DNA of 36,877 nucleotides from a virus. Its lineage: Duplodnaviria > Caudoviricetes. Below are positions 24,615-34,667 of this stretch, one piece after another. The first letter of the stretch is position 1, and the number at the start of each line of letters is the position of its first letter. Location: the IMG/VR virus record IMGVR_UViG_3300010362_000056, positions 1 to 36,877 of that record; one strand, written 5' to 3'. The notes under the pieces were generated by a model. It searched no databases. It saw only the letters and a list, made by a program, of their open reading frames with translations, and was not told the DNA's origin. The translations under genes were made by a program, and so were the position numbers.

Positions 24615-27269
24615 TCATTCCTCGTTGTAGTTGCTCGAATCCTCTGACCCGAACGAGCCAGTCGTCGCCATCTGCTTGGTTCTTTTAATGCGCACTTTCT
24701 CAAGGAGGCCTTCGCCCTTGGCGTTGGTCTCGACGCTGTCCGGCACGTTCTTGAAGTTCACATTGACCTCGGCCTTGCCGTTCGCACCGTTGGCGCCTCC
24801 GTTCACCTTGTCGATCGCGCTACGGTCGGGCTCGGCCGCGGCCTGTGGCCCCTGGCCACGCCGCCTGCGCTCCAATGCCTGCCGGGCGACGTCGGCATTG
24901 CGGACTTCGAAATGCCCAATGTCGGAGCGCCTACGAAAGCGACTGCCGGGCCACAGCCCCCATTTGTCCGCCAGCGCATCCTCGGTTTCGCGCGGGAGCG
25001 TTCTGCCGGTTCTGGATCGAATGCCATAGCCGACCTGATTGACGTCGATCGCCATCCCGCGCGGGTGATAGCTCGCGTTGCCGCGCGAACCGAGCCCGCC
25101 CGATGCAGGACCGATCACGCCACCGGCCGCTTCGTAATCATTGAGGAAGCCGCGGAAGTTCTCGGCGAATTCTGCTGCGACCGTAAACCGTCGACCCGAG
25201 TCCGTCCTAATGGTCGTAAGACCGCCCGGCGCTCCACGCCCTCCGCGCCCCGCCATCGGCTCGGTCATCCGCGCCGCACCGGGGAGCTGCCCCTCGCCAG
25301 CGCCGACGACGCCACTGCTCTCGCTATTCCCGCGCGGTGCTGGCTGTGGCGCGCCGCTTTGGCCGGTCGCCAACCTGTTCTGTTGGTCGGCAAAGCGCCG
25401 CGCGTCATCGATCGAAAAACCCACGCCGCGACGGCGACCTTCCCAAAAATTGTAAACCTCTTTCGAGCCCGGCACCGAAACACGACCGGGAAGATGAGCG
25501 CCGGGATCGGAGGTCATTCCCTGATTGACGCGGCCCTGGATGATGTTGCTGCCGCCAAGAGCCTCGTCGATGTTGGCCTGAAATTTCTCCGCTTGCGCCG
25601 CACTGATAGCCCTGCGCTGCGCAACGCCGCTCTTGATCGGACCATAAAACCCGCTGCTGAGTTCGTCCTTGATGCCGTAGCCGGGGACCTTCTGACGAAT
25701 CATCGCGGTGCGATTGAACAGCGACTCGACGGTGGCCGTGCCGCCGCCTTCGGTCGACATCATCTGCATCATCAGTCTGCGAGTGGCGGGATCGGCCTCA
25801 TCCCAAAGCTCCTGGCGCTGCTGGCTCAAACCGCCGCCGCCGCCACCACCACCGCCACCGCCGCCCTGCTGTGAAGGCGCCGCGCCGGTGCTATCGGCAG
25901 CACCGGTGCCACCGCGGGGCGTTGGCGCTACGACGTTTCCGCCGCCACCGCCACCGCCACCACCACCACCGCCGCCGCCGCCACCGCCGCCACCACCGCC
26001 GCCGCCAACCCCAGGAACTCCACCGAAGCCCGCACCACCGGGGTTAAACCGATTTTGGAAGGTGTCGGGACCGCCGCCGGTGCCGGGCACTCCAGGCACA
26101 CCGGGTGTGCCGGGTGTGCCGGGCGCGCCGGGTGTGCCGGGCGCGAAGCCCGATGAGGGCGGGAATCCAAACAGCTTCCGCCACCACGGCGTCCCAGGTG
26201 GCCATTGCTGCATTTGGACCGGCGGCTGTACTTCCCCCTTGCCCCACTGGAACTGCCATTCAAGCGCATGCCTGCCTATCTGCACGACGAGCAGGAGGAT
26301 TTCAGAGAGCTGTCGTTTAACCGGCAGGAGTTCTTGATCGATCTTGGCCCATGTGGCCGCATACTTATCGGTCTCGACCCGCAGCCGCTCCATCGTCTCC
26401 TCTTGCTCTTTCATTCTTCTGAGGGCGACGGGATCGCTGTAGAGCTGTTTGTACTCCTGCAGATACTTGACGAGCCGTTGATTCATCAGCTCGAACGGTA
26501 GGCCATAGTCCCGCTCAAACTGCCGCCGAGTTTCCGCGGGCGCCGTGGAAAGCCGCTGGATAAGCTCCTCCATAGCTTTCATCGGCTCGCCGCCTCGCGT
26601 CATTTGCGCGAGTTGGACGGCTAGCTCACGACCGCCGCCGCGATAGCGTTCGAGAACCCTGAATAGGTTCGACCGTTCGCCGAGGTTCGCCAGCTCGTGC
26701 AGATCGCCGACGACCTTCTTGATAATCTGGTCGGCTTGCGCAGCCTCGACGCCCATGCGCTGCGCGGCGCCGCGAAATGCGTTGATGTTGGCGTCGTTGA
26801 TCTCGCCGAGCAGGTCTCTGAAGGCGCGCCCGCGGATATGCGCTTGCGAGATCGACTCCGCGAGACGGTTGATCCCGTAGTAGAGCCCGCCGATCGCGCC
26901 AGTCATCCCGATCGTGGTGCCGACGGTGCCGCCCATGATCGAGCCGAGATTGCGCAGGCCCGCGATGGCGGTCGTGATCAGCGTATTCATCGAGCCGAAA
27001 GAGCCGCCGGTCTTTGCAAGCGTCTCGGCCAAGTCGCCGAATGTGCCGCGGATGCTGCGAACCGACTTCGAAAGTCGATCTTCGAGGTCTTTGAATTCGT
27101 CCTTGACTTTCCGAGTCGCTCGCCCGGTTTTCTCCTGCCCTTCGGTGCCCTCCTTGTTGATGTCTTGCATCTTGCCGACGAGACCGTCGAGCGATTCGGC
27201 AATGCTCGCTATCTTGTCCGACATTTCGTCGGTCAAGGTCAGCGTGACATTGGCGCTTTCGTCAGCCAT
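24615..27269 (-). CDS. Tape measure protein with poly-Gly linkers and C-terminal peptidoglycan-hydrolase-like domains
   Basis: Follows the tail chaperone. Helical N-terminus, long Gly runs, and an M15-type SYH...AID...DIGHFE motif. Confidence 0.8.
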   Translation of the reverse strand: MADESANVTLTLTDEMSDKIASIAESLDGLVGKMQDINKEGTEGQEKTGRATRKVKDEFKDLEDRLSKSVRSIRGTFGDLAETLAKTGGSFGSMNTLITTAIAGLRNLGSIMGGTVGTTIGMTGAIGGLYYGINRLAESISQAHIRGRAFRDLLGEINDANINAFRGAAQRMGVEAAQADQIIKKVVGDLHELANLGERSNLFRVLERYRGGGRELAVQLAQMTRGGEPMKAMEELIQRLSTAPAETRRQFERDYGLPFELMNQRLVKYLQEYKQLYSDPVALRRMKEQEETMERLRVETDKYAATWAKIDQELLPVKRQLSEILLLVVQIGRHALEWQFQWGKGEVQPPVQMQQWPPGTPWWRKLFGFPPSSGFAPGTPGAPGTPGTPGVPGVPGTGGGPDTFQNRFNPGGAGFGGVPGVGGGGGGGGGGGGGGGGGGGGGGGNVVAPTPRGGTGAADSTGAAPSQQGGGGGGGGGGGGLSQQRQELWDEADPATRRLMMQMMSTEGGGTATVESLFNRTAMIRQKVPGYGIKDELSSGFYGPIKSGVAQRRAISAAQAEKFQANIDEALGGSNIIQGRVNQGMTSDPGAHLPGRVSVPGSKEVYNFWEGRRRGVGFSIDDARRFADQQNRLATGQSGAPQPAPRGNSESSGVVGAGEGQLPGAARMTEPMAGRGGRGAPGGLTTIRTDSGRRFTVAAEFAENFRGFLNDYEAAGGVIGPASGGLGSRGNASYHPRGMAIDVNQVGYGIRSRTGRTLPRETEDALADKWGLWPGSRFRRRSDIGHFEVRNADVARQALERRRRGQGPQAAAEPDRSAIDKVNGGANGANGKAEVNVNFKNVPDSVETNAKGEGLLEKVRIKRTKQMATTGSFGSEDSSNYNEE

Positions 27270-27441
27270 GGTCGGCGGTTGTCTCGATGTTCATTCGCTC
27301 GACCAGCCGATCGGTCCACATCATGTGGCGATGCACTTCGGACAGCGGCTTGGCGAGAAAGACGGATGGATCGACCGAATAGAATTTGCCCAACCGGTAG
27401 CAGTCGAGAATCAGCTCATCTACAGATCGGGAATGAAAAAA
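27262..27441 (-). other. -1 frameshift extension of the tail assembly chaperone (G/GT type)
   Basis: Slippery T TTT TTC at 27441-27435. The -1 frame stays open (FHSRSVDELILDCYRLGKFY...TADHG*) until it overlaps the tape measure start. Confidence 0.7.
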
Positions 27442-27803
27442 TTTACCAGCATCCAGGCGCCCGTCGTCCAGTCACGCGGATGCATCGAGCGAATGGTCGA
27501 CGGCGGCACACCGGCGAGATGCGCCATCATCTGAGTCATGATCGCGCTCTCGAAATGCACCTTCGGCTGTTGCTCGAAGACGCCCATGGTGACCGGGTTG
27601 CCGATGCGCTCGATGTCGCCGCCGGTCGGCTCGCGGAATTTGAGTTGCATCACGGTCTCGCCGTTGGCGACGACAGCTTTGCGCAGCACGAGCGTGCCAT
27701 CCCAGGCGAGCGTTGCGCCGTTGGTCTTCGGCGTCTCGGCATCAGGCTGCGGCGTCGACTGCGGTGTGGCCTGTGGCGTTGGGTTGGGATTAGTCTCAGC
27801 CAT
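27420..27803 (-). CDS. Tail assembly chaperone (Mu gp41-like)
   Basis: LKFREPTGGDI...LAGVPPSTIRSMHPRDW. Lies between the tube and tape measure genes. Confidence 0.85.
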   Translation of the reverse strand: MAETNPNPTPQATPQSTPQPDAETPKTNGATLAWDGTLVLRKAVVANGETVMQLKFREPTGGDIERIGNPVTMGVFEQQPKVHFESAIMTQMMAHLAGVPPSTIRSMHPRDWTTGAWMLVNFFIPDL

Positions 27804-27811
27804 GCGCCACC

Positions 27812-28174
27812 TTATTTAATCTCGTCGCAGGTGATGCCCTCGAAGCGCACGCGGGTTTGACCGTCCCGAGTATTCAACTCGAACGCCGCCCGGCACCACG
27901 CCTCGCGCAGCACATAGACTGTTTCGTTGGCCAGCTCGGCAGTGACTGTCGCGTTGGTGATGTTGGCCACATCCTCCATCGACAATTCAGGGACGAGCGA
28001 GACGTCGCCCTCGATGTAGGGCACGCGCGGCAGCTCGCTGTAGCCGTGCACGTAGTCCTGCCCGGCGAGGCCCGCGCGCTCGTACGGTGACGGCGACACC
28101 GTGAAGTTTCCACGCAGCGGATAGAGATCGCCATCGACCTTGAGGAAGGCAATACCCGCGATTCGTTGCGCCAT
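27812..28174 (-). CDS. Tail tube protein (Mu gpM-like)
   Basis: IAGIAFLKVDG...GQDYVHGYSELPRVPYIEG...TVTAELAN...VRFEG. Confidence 0.9.
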   Translation of the reverse strand: MAQRIAGIAFLKVDGDLYPLRGNFTVSPSPYERAGLAGQDYVHGYSELPRVPYIEGDVSLVPELSMEDVANITNATVTAELANETVYVLREAWCRAAFELNTRDGQTRVRFEGITCDEIK

Positions 28175-28255
28175 GACTCATGGCTCCCCTGTTCTGAGGT
28201 TGCGAAGTTTCCGAGTTGTGGGAAGGAGGTCGGCGAAGCGCCGACGAGACGACGA

Positions 28256-29800
28256 CTAGAGGATCGCGGTATCGATGCCGCGGTCGTATTGCAGGCGGAA
28301 TTGCGCGAGCACGGCGAACACCCGCAATTGATTGATCAGGTCTGGCGGGTAGAGCACGTTGAGCCGGTTGGGATCGTTCACGTCACGCTCGACGATCAGA
28401 TTGGCCTTGAAGGCATTCATGTTCTCGCACAGCCCATTCCACGCATCGATGGCGTACTGCGCGACGAGCTCGGCCTTGATGATCTTGGGCGTCACGATCG
28501 CCTGTCCCGGGCCGAAGCGGGTGCCGTCGTCGGCGAGCTTGTGGCGCGGATATTTCGACGTGATCACTTGCCGCTGATTGCGGATGAGCTTGGCGAGTGT
28601 TGCGAGCGTGGTGACCAGCTCGAAGGCGTCGTCGCCCTGGCCGTAGAGGTTGAGCTGGTAGGTCGTGGTTTCCCGTGAGATCATCGGCACGTTGTCGGAG
28701 AGCGTGCGCTGTGTCGCGATGCCGGTCGAGGCGAGCGCGTTGAGTTCGAGCAGGTTGAAGCGATCGTGTCCCTTGGCGGGCAGGATGGTTTCGAGATGCA
28801 GGGTCTGCAGCGGCCGGGCCGGATCATTGAGCAGGCCGCGTGCGGCTTTGCCCGCATAGGCGGCCGACCATTCATAGACCGGTGACGGCGCGGTTGCCTC
28901 GATGCCCATGCACGAGAGAATCTTGCCGTTGCGGGTGAGGCCCCAGGTGATGAGGTCGCTGTACGATCCGCGCTTGGCCGAGAACAAGTGCCCATACAAT
29001 TGCCGCATCCAGCCCCAGCGTCCGGAGTCGGAGAAGCCGTACTCGGCCTCCCAGGCCTGCAGCGTCGTGGAGTCGGTGTAGGGCAACGAGACGAACTCGT
29101 ATTCGTCTTCGCCGAGGTTGGCGATTGCGGCGGTGAAATCGGGCGTGCCCGCCCCGCCGGTGAGCTGGAAGCCCGAATAGGTGAGCGTCAGCCCGGGCGG
29201 CAGCTCCTCGCCGCCGACCCGGCCGTGGTAGCTGTCGAACATGGTGATGTCGTTGCCGGTGACACCGAACCATTTCGCCGTGAGCGTCACGATCGCAGCC
29301 GCAGCGACCGCCGTAACCGGCAGGTTCGGGTTGTCATTGATCGACGAGGCGATGGCAGCGGCCACATCGTTGACCACAGCAGCGGCAGGCACGCCGACGC
29401 GCACCGCGGTGCCCGCAATGTAGAGCTGGATGGTGCCAGCCTCGGTCGGCGCGTTCGCGACCGTGATGGTGCCCGTCGCCGCGGTGCCAGCGGTCGGCTC
29501 GGCGACCGGCAACGCCCACATTTCTTGTGCCTTGTTGTTGGCGAAGAACGCCTTGAATTGGTTCGCCAGCTCCGAGCCCTGGCCGAATTGATGGTCGGCC
29601 TCGGCTTGGCGGCCGATCGGGATCGGCACATCGGGGCGCGCCACGCCATTGAGCGCGGTGTTGGTCTGCGCGGTCATCATGGTGCCGACCAAGAGGCCGC
29701 GCATGTGGCTTCGCGGAAAGCCTGCCTTTGAGCCGTCGACCTCGACCCAATACAGCGGCTGCTTCCAATTGGCGGGGATCGTCTCAAAGGAAATCGGCAT
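28256..29800 (-). CDS. Contractile tail sheath protein (Mu gpL-like)
   Basis: ISFETIPANWKQPLYWVEVD...DPARPLQTL...YPRHKLADDGTRFGPGQAIVTP...PDLINQLRVFA. Confidence 0.93.
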   Translation of the reverse strand: MPISFETIPANWKQPLYWVEVDGSKAGFPRSHMRGLLVGTMMTAQTNTALNGVARPDVPIPIGRQAEADHQFGQGSELANQFKAFFANNKAQEMWALPVAEPTAGTAATGTITVANAPTEAGTIQLYIAGTAVRVGVPAAAVVNDVAAAIASSINDNPNLPVTAVAAAAIVTLTAKWFGVTGNDITMFDSYHGRVGGEELPPGLTLTYSGFQLTGGAGTPDFTAAIANLGEDEYEFVSLPYTDSTTLQAWEAEYGFSDSGRWGWMRQLYGHLFSAKRGSYSDLITWGLTRNGKILSCMGIEATAPSPVYEWSAAYAGKAARGLLNDPARPLQTLHLETILPAKGHDRFNLLELNALASTGIATQRTLSDNVPMISRETTTYQLNLYGQGDDAFELVTTLATLAKLIRNQRQVITSKYPRHKLADDGTRFGPGQAIVTPKIIKAELVAQYAIDAWNGLCENMNAFKANLIVERDVNDPNRLNVLYPPDLINQLRVFAVLAQFRLQYDRGIDTAIL

Positions 29801-29835
29801 AGCTTGCCTCCTTCAATGCTCGCGGGTTGCTTCGC

Positions 29836-30099
29836 TCACGACGTCGGCTGGCTCGGCGGCGGCTCGGTCGGCGGCGTCGTGGGCTCGGTCGGCGGTGGCT
29901 CGGTCGGCGGCGGTGTCGGCTGCGTGGGATCGGTTGGCTCGCCGCCGCCTGCTTCAAGCGTGATGTCGCCGTCGCGCAACCGGCGCCGGGTGAATTGATC
30001 GTCGGGCCACGTGGCCTCGCCTGCATCGTTGAAGCGAAGCTTGCCGGTCGGATGCCAGATGTATTTTCGAATGTTTTCGTTCTTGGCGTAGACCTTCAT
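29836..30099 (-). CDS. Small Mu gp38/DUF2635-like protein with Pro/Thr-rich tail
   Basis: HPTG...WPDDQFTRRRLRDGDI, immediately upstream of the sheath gene. GGAG RBS. Confidence 0.7.
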   Translation of the reverse strand: MKVYAKNENIRKYIWHPTGKLRFNDAGEATWPDDQFTRRRLRDGDITLEAGGGEPTDPTQPTPPPTEPPPTEPTTPPTEPPPSQPTS

Positions 30100-30713
30100 T
30101 GTCGTCTCCATGCTTGCGTCTTGAGGTCGTAGACCACGAGGAACGGCTCCTCGGCATTCGGGTCGTACGGCCACGGGTAGGCGACCAAGACGTGGATGCT
30201 GTCGAGGTCGTCGGTGATGACCGGACGGAAGCTCGTGCGATGCTTGACCGTCAGGTCCATGCGCAGCTCGGCATACGGCGTCTCGTTGTCCTTCGTCGCG
30301 TTGCCGAAGATGTGCTGGCGCGAGCCTTTGGCGATGCCCTCGATCTCGACCGGCGGAAACGGCTTCGGCATCGGGAAGCGGTGCCAGTCCTGCCGCGTGA
30401 GGTAGTTCATGATCGCCCAATGCGCGGCGTCGAGATTTTCCTCGGCGGCGTCGGGGATGTTGTTTTGGATGACGACGGAGAACGAGACTTTGACGTTGTG
30501 GATGAAGCGCGGCTCGGCGGCGTTCGGATCCCCGTCCGGCAGCATCTGCTCGTCCGACAGGTAGCAGCCGAGATAGGGAATATGCTCGGGCTGTATCTGC
30601 CGCATCGGGCTCGACGCAAAGCGCTTGACCGACTCGAAGATCGGCAATTGCTTGATGCGCGCGAATATCCCCTCCTTGATGATCAGCGAGTAGCTGTGGA
30701 TGTCGGGCGTCAT
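30096..30713 (-). CDS. Probable tail terminator / neck protein
   Basis: Size and position between the head-joining genes and the sheath. Confidence 0.6.
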   Translation of the reverse strand: MTPDIHSYSLIIKEGIFARIKQLPIFESVKRFASSPMRQIQPEHIPYLGCYLSDEQMLPDGDPNAAEPRFIHNVKVSFSVVIQNNIPDAAEENLDAAHWAIMNYLTRQDWHRFPMPKPFPPVEIEGIAKGSRQHIFGNATKDNETPYAELRMDLTVKHRTSFRPVITDDLDSIHVLVAYPWPYDPNAEEPFLVVYDLKTQAWRRQ

Positions 30714-31276
30714 GCGGCGACGAGGTCTGGCGCGTCGAAGCTCGGCGCATCGACGTCGAGGCCAAGCGCGTTGATGACGATGCTCGATGCGAGGCTCGGC
30801 TCGTCGAAAGCGGGCGCTCCGACGGCGAGGCTAAGCGGGTAGATCATGTCCGATACTTCGAACAGGTGCGGCCGACCGAAAGTCGGCGGACCGACGTCGA
30901 GGCCGACCGGGTAGACGATGTTCGGCTTCGGATCGACGATCCGCCGCAGTGTCAGAGTCAGCTCACCCCCACCATTGTCGTCGGCGTCCTCGACCTCGAA
31001 GAGGCCGCCGTCGATATCCTCGTTGTAGGGAATGTCGACGAGATCACCCTGGATCGGCAGGGTCGGATATTCCTTGATGATCAGGTCGAGCTGCGTTTTC
31101 TGATCAGAGATGATCGCGCCGTCGAGCCCGATCACGTCGGTCTCGTTGGTGTCGAAGATGCCGCGGCCGGGATACGCAGGCGCACCGGGTTGGCTCGCAA
31201 CCGGAATGATCGTAACCGGGCGGGCGAACACGGCGAAGTTTGGCTCGTAGACAAACTGCGGAAAGTTGACAGCCAC
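30710..31276 (-). CDS. Head-tail joining protein (lambda FII-like) with C-terminal repeats
   Basis: GRGIFD...PIQGDLVDI...FEVEDADDNGGGELTLTLR followed by three GxPxFxxP-like repeats. Confidence 0.7.
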   Translation of the reverse strand: MAVNFPQFVYEPNFAVFARPVTIIPVASQPGAPAYPGRGIFDTNETDVIGLDGAIISDQKTQLDLIIKEYPTLPIQGDLVDIPYNEDIDGGLFEVEDADDNGGGELTLTLRRIVDPKPNIVYPVGLDVGPPTFGRPHLFEVSDMIYPLSLAVGAPAFDEPSLASSIVINALGLDVDAPSFDAPDLVAA

Positions 31277-31533
31277 TACCAGTCTCCGAAGAAATCCTTG
31301 AGCCGGTGATACATGACGATCTCGACCCAGCGGGCTTGCTGTGGTCCGGTCGCGTGCGGCATGCGGCCAACCCGGCGGCGCCGCAGCGTGATCACTTGCG
31401 GTCGACGGCGTTGCGCGGCTGCATCGGCACGCGCCATTGCCTCAGTGACGGCGTTCGGCACCATCTCGGTGGCACGGCGATGAAACAGCCGAGACAGCTC
31501 TTGGAGTTCGCTCGTGTCGAACGCGTAGCGCAT
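31276..31533 (-). CDS. Hypothetical neck-region protein
   Basis: ORF starting MRYAFDTSEL that fills the gap, with its start and end abutting the neighbouring genes. Confidence 0.5.
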   Translation of the reverse strand: MRYAFDTSELQELSRLFHRRATEMVPNAVTEAMARADAAAQRRRPQVITLRRRRVGRMPHATGPQQARWVEIVMYHRLKDFFGDW

Positions 31534-32180
31534 CACACCCAATGGCGGATGAAATGATTGAGCACCGAGTTGACGGCCTGCACGGCGGCAGGCGAGAGCG
31601 CGGTGCCCGAGGTGCCGCCACTCGGGTTGTTCTGGTCGTAGTACATGACGCGTGCTTGCTTGTGCGCGATCATGCGCACACCGGCGAGCGTGGCGCCGCG
31701 TGTGGTCGTGTAGTAGCCCTCGCGCGCGAGCACGACGGCGAGCTGCTTGAGCGCGGGCGGCACCTCGTCGGGGCACTTGTAGCCGCCGGAATAGACCGAG
31801 TTGACGGTGCCTTGCCACGGCCCCTGGATGTTGTAGGCGGTGCCGTTCTCCTCTTCGAGAATCCAGAACGGATCGTCGAGGATATCGACACCGTTGAGCA
31901 GCAGCATCTCGATGTCGGCAAACTTCACCGGCCAACGCGAGAAGAACAGCCGCCGGTCCTGATGGTCGGCGATCTCGTAGAAGTTCTCCTCGACCTTCTC
32001 GTAAGCGAACACGCGATTGGCGAGCGTCGCGAGCACGTCCGACGCCTGATCGATCAGTTGCGTGAACATCTCGTCCTTGGTCGTATCGGTCGTGGCGATG
32101 CCGAGCGCGATCTTGAGTTCGTCGAGCGTGAGCAGGTCGTCGACGAGCGCGGGCTCGATCACGTTCAAGATGTGCTGCAT
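31533..32180 (-). CDS. Head-tail connector/adaptor (gp6-like)
   Basis: LLTLDELKIALGI...LIDQASDVL...YSGGY...VPPALKQ. Confidence 0.8.
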   Translation of the reverse strand: MQHILNVIEPALVDDLLTLDELKIALGIATTDTTKDEMFTQLIDQASDVLATLANRVFAYEKVEENFYEIADHQDRRLFFSRWPVKFADIEMLLLNGVDILDDPFWILEEENGTAYNIQGPWQGTVNSVYSGGYKCPDEVPPALKQLAVVLAREGYYTTTRGATLAGVRMIAHKQARVMYYDQNNPSGGTSGTALSPAAVQAVNSVLNHFIRHWV

Positions 32181-32181
32181 G

Positions 32182-33303
32182 TCAGCCTCGGCGCTCGTTG
32201 TCGTATTGGGCAAACAGCGCCCGCAGCGAGATCGTCGGCCCCTCCGAGCCGTCACTCATCACGGCGGTGATGCTGTAGCTCTCAGGCTCGACCTTGACGC
32301 CGACCCATTCGAGCGCGTCGACGCCCTTCTCGCCGCGCTCGCCGCGATCGCCACGCAGCCCCTTCTCGCCCTTCTTGCCGACCGGGCCGGATTGCCAGTC
32401 TGGCCCCGGGCACGGGCCGGGGTTGTCCTTGCGGGCGGCAAACCAGCCATAGTCACGCGTGACGACGTCGAGCGCGCGATAGGTGGCATTCTCGGTGTAG
32501 GTGCCGCGCATCGTGAACGAGGCGCCGGGCTTGCCTGCGGCCGAGATCAGTTGCCAGTCGGGCGAGCTGCCGGGCTCCTTGCCGGTATCGCGCTTGGCCT
32601 GCCACGTCGATCCGGCGTGCATCGCGAGGACGCCGCAGTGATGCACCTCGTCGGTCCACGGCGCGACCGCCGTGAGCAAGCCGCGCTCGCCACGCTCGCC
32701 GGGCTCGCCCTTGAGGCCCTTCTCGCCTTGCTGACCAGCGAGACCTTGCTCACCCTTCTCGCCCGGCGCACCTTGTGGCCCTGGCTCGCCCTTCTCGCCT
32801 TGTGCGCCCTGTGGACCTTGTGCGCCCTGTGGCCCTTGCGCGCCGGTGACGCTGTCGCCCTTCTCGCCCTGGTCACCCTTCGCACCTTGTGGCCCCGGCT
32901 CGCCCTTGCCGCCCTGCGGACCGATCGGCCCGGGCTCGCCGCGCAAGCCGCGTTCACCGGTGTGGCCGATCGGGCCGACGATGGTCTCGCCCGGCTCTCC
33001 CGGCTCGCCGCGCTCGCCGCGCGGACCACACTCGCCGGGCGGACCGCGCTCGCCGTCCTTGAGCGCCTTGAGCCGCAGCTCGACCTCGTCGCGCAGTGCC
33101 GCACGCAGCTCGACGTTCTCGGCGCGCAATTGCGCGATCACCTCGCGCGCCTGGGCGGCGACGGCATCCAGCTCGCGCCGCCACTCGCGGCGCAATTCGG
33201 AAATGACATAGCCACCGGCTTCGAGCAGCGCATCAGCGAGCTGATGCTCGGCGTCGGTCGATATCGAAGGCCCGGGCAAGCAGTCGTTTGCCGTTGATTG
33301 CAT
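32182..33303 (-). CDS. Collagen-like (Gly-X-Y) protein
   Basis: Long GXY runs ([22 protein letters not shown]...) after an N-terminal coiled coil. Confidence 0.85.
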   Translation of the reverse strand: MQSTANDCLPGPSISTDAEHQLADALLEAGGYVISELRREWRRELDAVAAQAREVIAQLRAENVELRAALRDEVELRLKALKDGERGPPGECGPRGERGEPGEPGETIVGPIGHTGERGLRGEPGPIGPQGGKGEPGPQGAKGDQGEKGDSVTGAQGPQGAQGPQGAQGEKGEPGPQGAPGEKGEQGLAGQQGEKGLKGEPGERGERGLLTAVAPWTDEVHHCGVLAMHAGSTWQAKRDTGKEPGSSPDWQLISAAGKPGASFTMRGTYTENATYRALDVVTRDYGWFAARKDNPGPCPGPDWQSGPVGKKGEKGLRGDRGERGEKGVDALEWVGVKVEPESYSITAVMSDGSEGPTISLRALFAQYDNERRG

Positions 33304-34663
33304 CGGGAGGGCTCCTTTGCGTAGGCGCACCTTCGGCGGTTGCGGTTGGTGCGGCTGGCGCTGGCGGAGCGGACGGCGATGCTGGAATTTTACCCGCTGC
33401 GCTCAGCGGGACGACTTGTTGTTGCACGCGCGGCTCGTCTCCATACGGAACGTCGTCGTAGCCTTCGAGGTTGCGCGCCTCGTTCGGGGCAAAGACGCCG
33501 CCTTGCACGGCGCGCACGAGCGCCTCGATCCGATCCTTGAACATCGAGCGCAGCAGTGCCGCGGTGTCGAACTCGACATACTCCTCGGGCTGGCCGCGCA
33601 ATTGGAACGTGAGACCGAAGGCCTCCTCGATGTGGTTGAGGCAAAAGCCCAGGCCCGATGCAATCCACGACTGCATGAGCGCTTCGGTCGAGGAGAACGG
33701 CGCGCCGCCGAGCCCGAGGATTTGCAGCGGGATGCGAAACGCGAGCGCGATGCGTGTCTCCGACGCCTTGATCAGCTCGGCAATCTGCGCGTCCTTGGGC
33801 GGAGTGCCGATCGGGATCGGCTTCAGGCCGCCGGTGAGGATCGGCGTGCCGCCAGCATTCACGCCGCGGGTCTGATCATTCCAGCGGTCACGCAGCGCGG
33901 TGACTTGATCCTTGTCGAGCAGGAGGTCGGTCGTCAGCACGAACGATGGCCGAGCCTGGTTCTGGAAAAACGCCATCTGCTGCGCGACCATCGCATCACC
34001 GGCGGCGACGTCCTGCACTGCCGACCAGAGCGGAGATTCACCGACCAGCGGATCGCGCGATTGATTGACGTGCAAGCGGACGTGCAGCACGTCACGCTGC
34101 GGAACGAGTGGCAGCACACCGAGGCGCCGCTCGATGATCGGGTTGCCGTGCAAGCGATAGAACACCTCGCCGTTGACCGCGATCTCAGGATGCGACTGAC
34201 GCGAGTCCATCAGGTGCATTTCACTGATCTCGTAACGGTCATTGCGCAGGCAGAGCGCATACGCGTTGCCGTCGAGATAGAGCGAGCGCGTGGCGTTGAG
34301 CAGGAAATCCGAAATGGTCTGATAGTCGTTCGGTGCGCGCAGGATGCGCGAGAGCGCCGAGGTGGTGACGCGATCACGGCCGCCCTTGTCGTTGAGGCGC
34401 CAGTGATCGCCCGGGCACATCGCCACGGTTTGCGAGTACGCGGAAACGCAGGCCTCGACGATCGCCGAGCGCGAGCCGAGCCCGCCTTCCGGATCGAATC
34501 CGAGCTGCCACCAATTCCAGAATTGTCCGGCCTGTTGCGTGAGCCAACCGCCCGTGACCGGGAGGAAGTACGGCCCCGGGCGGTATTGCCCCTCGGCAGC
34601 GCGCGCGACGACGGCCACGCTGCCGGTGAGCTTCTCGTAAACGCGTCGAGCGAGCGACGGCAT
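33233..34663 (-). CDS. HK97-family portal protein
   Basis: PNDYQTISDF...LYLDGNAY...GESPL...IALAFRIP...PNEARNLEGY. Confidence 0.92.
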   Translation of the reverse strand: MPSLARRVYEKLTGSVAVVARAAEGQYRPGPYFLPVTGGWLTQQAGQFWNWWQLGFDPEGGLGSRSAIVEACVSAYSQTVAMCPGDHWRLNDKGGRDRVTTSALSRILRAPNDYQTISDFLLNATRSLYLDGNAYALCLRNDRYEISEMHLMDSRQSHPEIAVNGEVFYRLHGNPIIERRLGVLPLVPQRDVLHVRLHVNQSRDPLVGESPLWSAVQDVAAGDAMVAQQMAFFQNQARPSFVLTTDLLLDKDQVTALRDRWNDQTRGVNAGGTPILTGGLKPIPIGTPPKDAQIAELIKASETRIALAFRIPLQILGLGGAPFSSTEALMQSWIASGLGFCLNHIEEAFGLTFQLRGQPEEYVEFDTAALLRSMFKDRIEALVRAVQGGVFAPNEARNLEGYDDVPYGDEPRVQQQVVPLSAAGKIPASPSAPPAPAAPTATAEGAPTQRSPPDAINGKRLLARAFDIDRRRASAR

Positions 34664-34667
34664 CTTT

